Assembly (NCBI GenBank): GCA_027604505.1
Contig: JADIIX010000004.1
Coordinates: forward strand, 1-64,000
DNA: 64,000 nucleotides
DNA from: Gonapodya sp. JEL0774
Taxonomy: Eukaryota
Reading direction: 5' to 3'
In this document: piece by piece, positions 1 to 11,997 of the stretch
Layout: every line of letters starts with the position of its first letter
How positions within the stretch are numbered: position 1 is the stretch's first letter
Position numbers and translations under genes: made by a program
Notes under the pieces: generated by a model
Databases searched by the model: none
Seen by the model: the letters and a program-made list of their open reading frames with translations, nothing else
What the model was told of the DNA's origin: nothing

Positions 1-1275
1 TCCTCCTCGTAGCTCTCCTTGATGAGACGGTACTCTTCCTTGACCTCTGGGGAGCTCTCGGGTTGCTGCCAGATCCAAGCGATGGTCTTGAGTGCCTCAT
101 CGTCACGACCAAGGTTGACGAGCCACCGGGGAGAGAAGGGCATGAAGATCATGGCGAAGAGGAGGAACAGACCGGGGGCAGCCTGGAGACCAAGAGCGAC
201 ACGCCAGAGCTGGTCGTTGAAGGAGTCGATGGTCTTGGCCAGGACGGCGTTGATGATGTTGGCGGCGGCGATACCGATGGTGATCTGGAGAAGTAGGGAG
301 TGATCGGAACGTGTGGATATGGACTTGGATCACAACTGACCATGCAAACAAGGACTCACCATGAGTTGCTGAACGGCGGTGATACTTCCACGGTACGGCT
401 GTGATGCGAGTTTGCGTGAGAAACCGGATGATCGGGATCCGAGGCAACGACAGACGAGACTCTAGAAACTTGCCGTAGGTGACACTTCGGCAATGTACAG
501 GGGGACAGTACCGGAGAGAATCCCAACGGAGAATCCACAGAAGAAACTGAATGAAGACGGTGGAAAGAAAGTTGGTGATCCCGGGCTTTTTCGGTGAAAA
601 GTTGCACCAAAGACGATCGATACCCACCGGCCGGCGAACAGGAAGGAAACGTTCTGGGCCAATCCTTGCAGGATACCTCCGAGACCGAAGAGGAGAGCAC
701 CGAGAGCAATACTGTAGCGACGTCCGACGTACTGCGAGTCGGCGAGATACGTGACAGCAGCGGCACCGGGAATGCAGCTGGAGCGGATGTGACAGGGATT
801 TCATCGGTCAACTTTTGTCACGAGTACGACGCTTCCTATTTGAACTGCACACGGTAAACTCACCCTGCGAGGAAGAGAATGACAATGTTTCCAGAGAGAT
901 CATCGGCGCCCGGCAAGTCCCTAAGAGTTCCGTTGGAGTTGCGAATGGCAGTGGAAAGACTGCGCCGCCGCGGGAACGTCGTGGTGGTTGAGGGTGACAA
1001 GTCCAGGTGAGAACAACTCTCGTTTCACAGATCGCGTATTTCTGAGAGTTGACTCACCCAAAGAAGACACGGAAGGAGTCCATTTGCAGGACCTGGTTGA
1101 TGATACCGATCTCATAACCGAAGAGGAATCCACCCACGGCGGACGTGCTGGTTCGCGAATGGACGGGTGTGAGATTGATTGGATGTCCCCCTCCCTCTCA
1201 TCCGACGGACAGACCAAGAACAAGCACGAGAAGCGAGACGACGTACAAGGCGATAAACCAGACACGAAGATTCAT
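1..1275 (-). CDS. MFS sugar porter (5' part; runs off the window's left edge), multi-exon
   Basis: Spliced reading from ATG 1275: MNLRVWFIAF-TSAVGGFLFGYEIGIINQVL...GILSGTVPLYIAEVSP...WRVALGLQAAPGLFLLFAMIFMPFSPRWL. These are sugar-porter motifs, joined by GT-AG introns. Confidence 0.9.
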
Positions 1276-2950
1276 GGTTGCGAACTGTGACTGGTGGATT
1301 GTGCTCGTGGGTTGTGGAATTGAATGTGTCCTGAATAGGGCGGATCGCCGGCGGGCTTTATACTCTGGAGAATCTTAGAATGCTTTTTTGTCCACGCTGG
1401 ATCCTTTCACAGACATTTTTGGAGTCTGAGCTGGAATGCATCTGGGGTGGGGAGCCTCTTGCCAGGGAGCACACAGCCAGGGTTCATTTCGGGGGACACA
1501 AACCTTTACCTTGAGCCACCACAGAATTGATTTCGCCAGGACGACGGATCGCGGTTTTGCTTTCTAATTCTGTGCGTAGCCCTGAGTTTATCAAGTCCGT
1601 AGTGACCCGTCCACCCCAATCCGCCGCAGTTGTATATTTTGTTGCCCCTCAGTCGCCACCCCCTTGCCGCGATGAGGAGCGAAGCTCACCACGGCACCTC
1701 TCCCCAACTCAGGCTCTCATGTGTGCAGTTCTGGGAGACGCTTAGGTTACAGAGGGAGTACAGTGGTGGAAGAATGGGCGGGTGTGATGGAAAATGGGGG
1801 AAATGCATCTCGCCTTGACGCTCTGCATCATTAGCCGGTCTCAGCATGAAAGTTGCATCAGCCCTCAACTGCACTGGGCGTATTCGCCGTCACCGGACGG
1901 AGAACGCTGGCGCTTTCTAAACCGTATACACTCATTTGTGTTATCCATCAATCTGAGAATAACACCAGAAAGAAGCGGCCTGATTATCGGCACCTCGTGC
2001 ATGATCGACTCCATCCCTTCGTCGGGGGTCTCATCGACAAATGTGGCGTGGCCGATAGTCCACCTGTTCGCGAGATGTGTTCCCCTGCGATTGAACAGTG
2101 ATCTCTCGCAACGTGAGACAAGAGTAGCCAACCTCCGAATTTGCGAAATGGACAAGTTCTTCAAGTTGATGTAAAGGACTTTCATCAGCTGTCATAAAAT
2201 GGTAAAGATCCGTACAACTGCTCGAACAAATAAGTGTCACCATCTGCCTCCCTCCTCGGTGATAACAAAAGTTCATAAACGCAAAGGCAACGGCCGTCAC
2301 ACTCTATGTATTATGCAAACATAACTAACATGGACATTCTCCACCAGCTACTGTGTGTGGCCTTGCGAGCGTCTCCCATACGGAATGCACTGGTGTGTGG
2401 AATTGGAGAGTTCTCATTGTTGTACTTTCTCCATTTCAAATTCATTTATATCTCACCGACTTCTGATGCGTCAGGCTCGCGGCAGTTCGAATAATTTTTG
2501 TGGGTTTGAGACTTCACGCATTCAACCATCATCCTGAGGTTAACATTTGCAAAGGCGCTGCAGAGACAAATCGACGGAGTCCACGGATTTGGCTCCGCAA
2601 CTTTTGTGTTGGGTAGAATGAGCTCTCACGCACATCGATGCTCGACCCCCTCTTTCGGCACTTGAAAGCGACCTCTCGAGGGGGCGCATCTTCGGCGAAA
2701 GACATCATGAATTGCTCGTCAAGCTCACATGGGAAGGTTTCAAACAAAGGATTCAAGCTTCTAGTTACAGTGGGTTTACTTTGGTCACGGTGTGGCCTTT
2801 GTGATCAACTGCAATTGTCTTCAAGTTGCTTGTTTTCCCTTCTCTCACTGCTTCTCGAGGATTTTCTTCCCATCACGACCTGCGATTGGGCAGGGAGGAA
2901 GTGTGGTCCATACTCTTCCCCGAGCTCGAAGCTCCTCGTGGGCTATTAAG

Positions 2951-5900
2951 ATGCTCCAAACCTCCGCAGTGTCGCGGCAGGCTGATGAGCCCGCAGAAAG
3001 GTCACAGCCGGATAGATGGAAGGGAAAGGCGAAGGAGCAAATGTCAGATCGTGCCTCGGACGCTTCAGCGATAGCCAATCGCTCGTCCGCTGAACTGGGC
3101 CATCCGAGGATGTCACCAGCTCTGAGAATAGCGTACTCCAAATATATGACTGTGAGTGACCCGATTTCGCTATCATACTGACTTGGACTACTTAATAGTG
3201 TACTGCTCATCGACCAGTGGAAGCGGCGCTCTCCAATCGACAAGCAGTCCCCATTCGCTCCACAACACAACACTCTGCCAAAAGATGTGCAAATGTTTGC
3301 AATGATAAATCCACAAAAACTCTCGCGAGAAGCTATGGAGACTTTGAAACGTGTGTAACTGAGTATTTGTGAACTTGCATCATGGTCTGGAGTTATAAAA
3401 TTCCTCACCCGAACCAGGGAACATCGAACCCCGCAGTGGTGATCATAAGCGCGCTCGAAGCAACACGAAGCAGAATCAGACAGTAAATTTGAGTGAACCC
3501 ACCAGAGTTAATGCCGCTCTTCTATCCAAGATCCTGTTGAAGCACTTCCATGGATCCAGGTATGCCTTCTTACAACCACTTCCTGTGCTTCCCTGACAAT
3601 TGCCATATATCTATTTGGAGAACAGCTGGTCAGCCTCTCCAACCAAGGCCATGGAACTCACTTTCAACCACAGACCCTTTCCTTTTTCTAAGAAGACAGA
3701 GGTGGCTTTTGCAGAAGATGATGACCCCAGAGTAGTGGATGGGGTGAAATGCAAAGTGATCGCTACAGACTCAATTTCGCAGGGTGAGATTCTTGGGATA
3801 TATGACGGCTCCAGCCTCTTCTACTTCGAGCACGTGAGATCTCTTTCGAATACGCTGGCAGCCTTTGCACGAACGCTCTTCTGAAGCGTCTTGTGACCCC
3901 CAGAAGCGACAAATTCATCCGTTGAATCGACGCCTCCGAGAATCCCTTACGGTGGAGATTTCGTTGCCTCCAGTGTTCTGCACTCCAGACGGGCGGCTTA
4001 ATCTTCGCGCCCCGTTCCTTCCTTCTGACTTCGCCGAGCAATGTGGATTCCATCGCTCTGCTTTAACAGCAGAAATCCCGCAGTACGTTGTTGATGGGAG
4101 CACGGCTGATCCAACCTCTCCGAGCTATTGGACCACACAGTTGAATGACTGTCGGTGAGTCAAGAGGTTTATGATTCTTACTTAATGAATTTTTTGATTC
4201 AGGCCTTATGTTTTCAGAGTCGGTGAAGTTTGGAAAGAAGCGAGAGACTCCTCTCGTGACATGAAAGAAAACGCACAGATTATTGAAACTCACATATATG
4301 GATTTCCATTTCTTTTCGTTGTTGCGCTGAAAGACATCGTACCTGGTGATGAACTTTTGATTGACTACAGTGAGTCTACTGCGCTAGTCATGATCCAAGT
4401 TTACAACCTTATCAGTCTGCCCTGTTCGTATTCCTGTCTGCACTGAAAGGTGACGGCTATTGGCGTGAAATGCAAGCTATTCATCGCCATGATGCGACTC
4501 TGAGCGAACTTGCCAGACGTGATGGTGATCGCTGCCTCACTAACGCAAAAGCCTTCGAGAACTCATTGGATCCAGTGAGGCACCTCCTCCAGCGCTACGG
4601 TGACACTCCTGCACAACGAGGAGGAATCCCGGTTCAGTTTCGCGAAGCAGCAAAGGAATTAGTGCGCGATGTGGAGAACATGGTGAAGGATATGATGGGG
4701 AAGGCAGGTACAAAGCTTGACCAGTGGAGAGAGGACATGGAAGACATCACTGGTGGCTCATGGAAAGACAATCAGACTACAAAAAGTGAGTTCTTGACAA
4801 CAGACGGACTACTTAGCGTTGTGTTTCAGCGTGGATCGTTTTAGGTTTGAGACCCATATCACTATTAGAACAAGGGTCCGAAGCCGTGACTGATGCCGCC
4901 GCTGCTCAGGCGTCAGATCCTCCCAGTATCTTGAGCCTTCTTTCGACTGACAATTTGAGTTTGCCTGGACACATGGATGATACTGTTGACATGCCATCCG
5001 ACGAAGACGATGATTCGTCCGACCTTCTGATTACCGATTCGGAAGAGGAACCTCTGAAGGAAGGGAACTCAGATGCAGAGGCAGTGTCTCGCGATCCTGA
5101 GATAGCCGAGTTACAAAATTCCTCGCGACTGCCTTCGGAGATGGCCCCGTGCCCTGCATTCTTTGGCGAACATGCCCATGATCCAGCTCTAGGGCGAGCA
5201 GTAAGAGATGACTCTACCAGACACAATTCTGCTGACACTGTTACTTCACTTGCTCCTTTTGGTACGTGATCTCTATATTTTCGTGATCAAGCTACACTGG
5301 TGATGACATTTTCCCGGGTCTTGCAGGCCACCCACACTGGCCACGAAAACGCAAGCGCTCCGAGCAAAGAGTTGGAACGTTGGTTGATACAGATTTTCAC
5401 GCAAAACGCTCCTCGCCATCACCATCCACCGTCATCATTTATCAGCCAACTGACCCCTCTGCTCTTGTTGTGGATTCCGAGAATTCTAATCTTCGTGCGG
5501 GCGACACAAGGGCGGAGTTCTCGAGAATTGCATCGCAGCCTCATAAGTCACCCTCTTTGAACGCGCACGCCGCACCACTGTCGCGAGATGGACGTTCAGC
5601 TGAAATGAACGGCGCTACGTCGGTACCCAACTCGTCTCCTGATACTGAAACGAATGCGTCGGAGGTGGAACAACTGGAGCCTGGATTTCTTCAACATGCC
5701 AACAATGTGAATGACGACAAAATTATTGATGTTGACGCACTGCCAGAGAATGAGGAACAGGGCGCCCTTGGTCAGTCTCCAGGTGACTGTGCGTTGACAT
5801 GTGCAGAAAGTCGGTCAGCTGCAGTCTCACGTGAAGGAAATGAAGCGCACGCCTCAATCCTCCCCATCAGCTCTCAGAGATTTCTCAGTCAGGTGTCCAT

Positions 5901-5997
5901 TAGCGATTCTCTTCTTCCTTCGTCGCGATTCACAGCAAGACCACAGCCTTTCCCGTTTCTTGTGCAAGAGGATGGTGTCATAGTCCTGGATGATTGA
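2951..5997 (+). CDS. SET-domain protein (divergent) with long acidic/disordered C-terminus; start uncertain
   Basis: Exons give KVIATDSISQGEILGIYDG, YVVDG...LNDCR and FVVALKDIVPGDELLIDY-S-DGYW, which match SET signature motifs. The 5' exons are tentative. Confidence 0.7.
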
Positions 5998-6636
5998 AAA
6001 TACTCACCTGTAAATATCTCAACGTTGACATGCTTGAACAATATAATAGCAGATACATAAAATTCTATCGGCCAGGCATCACGAGGATCAGCGAACGAAC
6101 AGTTGTTATGCAATCATCCGTCTACACAACTTTTCTTTCGTCTCGGTGGATAAAGCTAGACGCTAATATGTTAGAGTCCTGTTGTCGGTGAACCAAAAGT
6201 GCTCTGCGAAATGAAGAGTGCCAAAAACGTCCATGAGGAGTGACAGAACATCCATTTCCAAAACGGGCACAATTTTCATGACCCGAACCGTCTAGAAACA
6301 GATACTCAAGAACATTTTCTCACTTGCTAAATATGATATCATTAATGAAGTATTAACAATTATCTAGAATTTGTACTCAGAATACACAAGAGACCAAACG
6401 CCACGTCGAGGGAACATACAAGAAAGGCCAGTGCATGCAAAAACAAATTAAACTCTTCTCAGTGCCTGTTGGTGCGGCTTCGTTCGGAAATCCAGCCTGT
6501 TTTCTTCCAGAATAACGCCCTGGGTTGAGGTGGTGCAGGGATTGGGAGGCCTCTTGGAACCATTTCCTGGATCGAGACAAAACTTGTTTGACGGCATCGG
6601 AGGAAGAGCAGAAGCAACCGAGGGCGAGGAGCTGCA

Positions 6637-7858
6637 ATGGCTGATATAAACCCCAACTCTTTGTTTGACGAGGAGGTGAGTTCAGTCAAGTTTGGGTTTG
6701 CGATCCCTCACCTGTTCACAGTTCTCGATTGTACCGATTTGGACGCACCAAACGCGTTGGAACCATACATGCTATATGCAAATCACTTGATTTGTGATTC
6801 TCCAGTGCCAGTTCAGTCCCCTCCCTCACTATATATCCCTGCAACCGGAGATAACTGCTGAGAGTGAGGATTCTGTTGGCGAAGGAGTTAAAACCCGCTG
6901 AATACACGCTCAAAACTATTAATATTTCTAGTGCGATTTGTACTCGTGGAATGGCTTGCAGGTAAGTGGAGCTGCCTCCCAAGCTTCTTGTCGCATTTCC
7001 CTCTGTACGCAAAAGTTGAGCCATATCGTTTTTCACTCAGACATCGCCAACGAGTACAAACAATGCTCCACTACCCTCCACCGTTCCATAGATTTGCTGG
7101 ATCGGTACCTCTCTTTGCGCAGAGTTCCTCGACGAGAACTCCAAGTCGTTGGCATCGTGGCTCTCTGGATTGCATCCAAGTTCGAAGAGTCGCCGAAGCG
7201 AGTTATTTCTATTAGCGTGGTCGAGGACCTGTGCTGTCAGTGGTATACACGTAGTGACCTCCGGCAGATGGAGATAACCATGCTCACGACGTTGGACTTT
7301 GTTGTCGACCGACCCACGGCTGACATTTTCGTGCACACATTTGCTGCGAAGCTGGGCTTGCTGGACTCAGTCCTGCACTGTCAACTGGAACCGGGAGAAA
7401 TCGCGCGCGCCCGACAAATCCGGAGAAGAGAGGAAATCAAGTTGTGGGACATTTTAGAAATGGCTCTGAGTCTGGCCAAAACTGCCTTGCTTTACGAGGA
7501 GTTCATCGGTAGTCTTCGCTCTACGATTGCATTGGCTTCTTTGCAAATAGCAGGAAGCGCATTCGGACTGGGTCTATCTGTGCGTGAGGCTGTCTCCGGC
7601 CCCTTCTGCATGTTCTCCCGGTCTTATCATACCTTTTGTTCTGCCCAGCAACCATTTGCGGATCCTGCCGTTGTAGCCCAAGTATCTTCTAAACTGTCTG
7701 TCATACAGCGAAGCCAGCATTCCATACCTCACGCCACACTTCCCGAACCTTTGTCACCCGCAACCACCAATCCAAGCGATCCTGCATCCCCATCTCGCGG
7801 ATCTCGTCGTCTTTCGAGTGATTTCTCGACTGTATCAAGCATGTCGAGCATGCTGTGA
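6637..7858 (+). CDS. Cyclin with very short N-terminus
   Basis: Spliced MADINPNSLFDEE|CQFSPLPHYISLQPEITAEM|RFVLVEWLA|DIANEYK..TLHRSIDLLDRYLS..LQVVGIVALWIASKFEE..QMEITMLTTLDF..PT, which is a cyclin box. Confidence 0.9.
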
Positions 7859-8581
7859 GTACGATTAGGGGTGAGAGGGAGGAGGGTGGCGCAGATGGGC
7901 ATCATGTCTGATCACTCTGTTATGCACGCCCCATGCATTCAGACTCGACGTACCGCAGCCTGCACGTCAGTCTCATCGAAGACGTCACTCTTGGTTTATG
8001 GGGCATCAGCCCTCTCCATCGGCCCGCCCAATAGACCCTGGAGAAGCGGTACCAGGCTCTGGACTGCAGGGAATGGACACCACGTATGCACCTCTCAGTC
8101 CGCCTCCAACACCACAGGAATGGCAAATTGCAGGAACGTGGAAACCCAGCTTGCCCAGATCGGGGGGATACCGAGGTCGGTGAGACGGTGGTGGGCGATG
8201 ATGACCTGCGCGTAGCCGCCGGCGGCGCCGCATGGTGGATACGAACTTAGTTGGACAGTGCTTTCGCCTCACTTTTGACTGACTCTTGGACTTTTGGTGC
8301 CTCTGCATGCACCGGTATTGCGATGTGGGGTCAGCAACACCGCGCCTACGGACAATTTTGTGTACCATTACTCACTTAACCCCCAGCTTAATTTGACACG
8401 GTGCTGCATCTCTAGATATGTATATTGTTTCGAATCGCAGCGGTATGAAGGACAGAAGGATATTTTAGTACTGTTTGTTGCACAGCCAGAGTCGAAGGCC
8501 ACACGCACACATGTATATGAGTTTCATGTTCCCAGCATCTTTTATTCATCCTGAAACCAAGAAATCCAAGTGAATCTGGAC

Positions 8582-9796
8582 ATGACCACACCCGGAGATG
8601 CAGTGGGACGGCTTATGGCTCTCCTCAGTCCCCCAAGCGATGGATCCGTGCCTCTCGCATGGATGAGAAGTACGGCCCACGAGCTCACGCATTCCTGGCT
8701 CCTGACTGTTGCGTCAACCTCCAAGTCAGAGCAGGGTGATAGTTCCACTCTCCATCTCTTTCGACTGGCCGAACTTGAATTCTATTGGAACCACCCCACC
8801 GACCACCCCGACCCATTCTCACACAAAAACCCTGACCAAGCTCTTCCCATGCGATGGTATTTCCATAAGCAAGGCCGATCGTTCCGAGGTGGAACATGGA
8901 AGGGGTTAGATATCACTTTCGGAGGTTCCCGTTGCGGCGCTGTGGACGAAACTTCTGACGCAAGTGGTGTGGATAGCGCGGTAGGAAGCACTTGGTTCGG
9001 TGGTATCCTCATTCGATCACTTGAGGCTTACGGGACAATCGAATTCGGGGTTGGGGGGGTTGCACCATCGTTCACAACCACACCTACCGTTTCACAGTCT
9101 CTTGTCGAAGGTCCCTCTACGTGTGTCGAACATCTTCTCGACATTTTGAAATCGCGTTCGGTTCAGCATTTGGTGGACACCTATCTATCAGGCCACAATC
9201 CTCCAATGATACAAGTCTCATATCCGTCCCCACATTCTCTCATGCTCCTTCCCACTTCGTCGTTTCAGGCGTACTCTATGGCCTCACCACCCCATGTGAC
9301 TCTTACTTCAGGGCCACGAGTTGGGCTCACTCTCCCGGCCTCAAAATCCGAGAGTGACAGCCTACTCCTCTTGCGCGCTCGGTACCTGAGCGCTCCGTAC
9401 CGTTTTCTTCTGCGTCCCGCAGCAACTAAGAAAGGGCGCCCTCACGTCGCATTGGGAGCCATGTGGAGCAGGAGCATGGATCTTGATGTGCCGGCATGTG
9501 TGAAGCATACCGTACCCATTGTAGGTGGGCACTCTGGGACTCTAAAAGCCTGGTTTGAAGCATTCGCTGAAGCCCGTTCAAGAGCCAGAGGTAAACAACT
9601 TGTCGATCAGAGTGGGGAGCCAGATTTGAGCGATCGGGAAGAGCAGAAACCGTTGAAGAAGAAAAGGAAGTTGGACGTGGGGCTATCAGTAGTGAGAAAT
9701 TTCGTAGGCAAGCCACCATCGAGGGGTATTGATGTGTGTGAGATGATTGGAGCCTGTGTCGGCGCTGTGGAATACGAGGATTTGCATGCAGACTGA
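8582..9796 (+). CDS. Intronless AAG/MPG-like (3-methyladenine DNA glycosylase fold) protein with C-terminal NLS
   Basis: Single-exon ORF with ordered motifs ELEFY, DPFSH, ILIRSLE, EGPS, GPRVGL, PYRF. These parallel the MPG motifs ETEAY, D..AH, VLIRA, GPGKL, PRIG, PWRF. PLKKKRKL lies near the C-terminus. Confidence 0.7.
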   Translation: MTTPGDAVGRLMALLSPPSDGSVPLAWMRSTAHELTHSWLLTVASTSKSEQGDSSTLHLFRLAELEFYWNHPTDHPDPFSHKNPDQALPMRWYFHKQGRSFRGGTWKGLDITFGGSRCGAVDETSDASGVDSAVGSTWFGGILIRSLEAYGTIEFGVGGVAPSFTTTPTVSQSLVEGPSTCVEHLLDILKSRSVQHLVDTYLSGHNPPMIQVSYPSPHSLMLLPTSSFQAYSMASPPHVTLTSGPRVGLTLPASKSESDSLLLLRARYLSAPYRFLLRPAATKKGRPHVALGAMWSRSMDLDVPACVKHTVPIVGGHSGTLKAWFEAFAEARSRARGKQLVDQSGEPDLSDREEQKPLKKKRKLDVGLSVVRNFVGKPPSRGIDVCEMIGACVGAVEYEDLHAD

Positions 9797-10024
9797 AAAT
9801 TAAGTGTTGTAGTCAAATGAAACAATGCTTGCTGATTATGTGCTGCTTTTGCTGATTTATGGTGCCAGAAAGGTGCGAAGGGTGGAGGGGGACGCTCACC
9901 CGAAGCGCGTGACCACAGAGCTCTCTCTCTGGTCTGTGATCGGTGATAAGACCACGAAAGGTCACAAGGACTTTTGCATTTAAAAACCGACAGGGAATCG
10001 CATTCCGCTCTTGTCATTTGCTTC

Positions 10025-10979
10025 ATGGCTTCAGTCGCCCCTGCGCTTGCTCTCCTGCCTGCTGCGCTCTCTCGCATTCCTTCCTCTCCAATTCAGATCC
10101 CATCCCGTTGCACCTCCAACGCTGGAGACAACCCTGACGAAACACTGTCATCACAAGACTCTGACGACGACGACGATTCTAGCCAGTCAAGTGCTCCTGC
10201 AAGACCGCCGGCTATTTGTGAAACCTCTGGCTCCGAGCACCCCGGCACCCTCCCGATTCCACCCCAAACTAAAACACCCACGGAGAGACAGGAAACCACT
10301 GTCGCAGATTCACAAGTTCTCTCAACTCTCTCCCAGTCAATGCCGCCTCAACCCGACATAGCGATGTCGCAACCAAAACAAGACAATTCATCTTCCTCAT
10401 CCTCTTCATCTGCACCTCCGAAAGTCAGTGCTCTCACAACCTCTGCATCTTCTTCCTCGGGTATCACTTCTGGACATGGGCTTGGACTCGGCTACCGGAG
10501 AGTGGCTGAACATTCCCCTGGATCCGATGAGCTCATCGACCTAACCGAGTCGGAAGATTATGTGAAAAGCTGCGTTGAAACACACGGTTTGTTTCATGAA
10601 GAGACATTTCTTTTTGGTTGATTCGACGTAAATAAGTTTCTGATATTTGATCGTCCCACATGCAGCTTTTCTATGGCATGAAGACCTCTTCTTCCGTGAA
10701 AGTCCCCGTGCCCGCCGAACCTACCTCTCTGCATCCTCAGGTAACGCAGGTGACCCTCTTGGACGTTTTTTGGTGTCGTCCCGAACACCCCCAGCTCAAA
10801 ACTTCGGGCCACCGCCTGGTCGTTCCAGGTCAGGAACACCCGAGTCAGGTATCACACCTGGGTCAAAGAGTGAAATGAGTCCCGGAAAGAGAAAGAAAGA
10901 AGCGGAGGTGAGGGAGTTGGAGTATGGCGTGTGGGAGATTCGTTTCGACGATTTGGAAGAAGAGATGGAGCATCGGTGA
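10025..10979 (+). CDS. Hypothetical Ser-rich protein, two exons
   Basis: ORF 9974-10621 joins ORF 10647-10979 in frame through a GT-AG intron at 10587-10665 (YVKSCVETH-A-FLWHEDLFF...VWEIRFDD). Confidence 0.6.
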
Positions 10980-11997
10980 CCAAGTGTTGCATTGAACTCA
11001 AAATGAAAGTCTTGTGCGTGAACTTTGGATACGTGTTTGGTTTTTGGACTTGATGTGGTGACTTCGATAGAGTCATATGTAGCGACTCGAGTCCATCAAA
11101 TTTTAAGATCTGTCAGTCAGACCGACGCGATTTTGCTGGAATTCTACCAAACCATTCCATTCTTGTCTATCATTAGGAGAGAGAAATCAGAGTTCCATCA
11201 ATTGTACAAATGTGAGAATCCAGTATCCCAATCCACATCTCTCCTTTAGCGCAAGATTAACTTTGGGGTGTGCGCTCAAGTTGCCAGTTAAGTCGCACAT
11301 GCACAGAAAGGTGAGAACTTTGACGGAACCCCGGTGTTCTGAGTCGACTCGCCTGCCTGTGGATTGGAAGTTTTAGAGTGACAGAAAGGGGGGAAAAGAT
11401 TTTTCGGCTAACATATATGTGAACACGTTTAGGCACTTAATCCAGTTAGTACAGTCCCAAACGACGGTACTTGTTATAAATGATCTGTTGTACAGGTCCG
11501 TCGTCGTAATCAGGAAGCCTCCCCCTGCATGCCGCTTGCAGAGTGGTTGACCACAAAGCCCAAGCCACCTTCTCCGACACATCCCAAAGCTCACGACTCT
11601 CGTACGGCTGCTTTTCTGGAATACAGATCTGTGTGTTTCCTATCTTTGGGATGTGACGAGACCATAATTGATTCGAAACGTGTTCCCTGACATCCCACTT
11701 CCTCCATCGACACTTATAACTGCCACCAGCCCTTGCGTCGCCGGTCCTGTTGTTGGAGTGCGTGATCCGCGTACTCCCTCCATTTGTCGGTCGAAACTTC
11801 TACCTCGATCACGGTTCTGAATTCCTTCCAGTAGTCGGAGGTGAAGGCCCACCCCATTCAGTGGTATGTGGGTTTTGAACGACGTTTCGTGAATTGAATG
11901 TATTCTCAAGAACTTCTCAATCTCTGAAATGTACGCAAAATTGGCTTGATGTTCTTGCAGAATCTAGTACAGCATTTGCCCTGACGCCACTCGCATA

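Noticed and set aside
2031..2880. Minus-strand frame MGRKSS...DNCS-TGA-SQRP...SSID with a single in-frame TGA, considered as a selenoprotein because some early-diverging fungi use Sec
   Set aside because: No redox-fold context (no CxxU/UxxC), no convincing SECIS hairpin downstream, and downstream ATGs explain the ORF. The gene model itself is unresolved.
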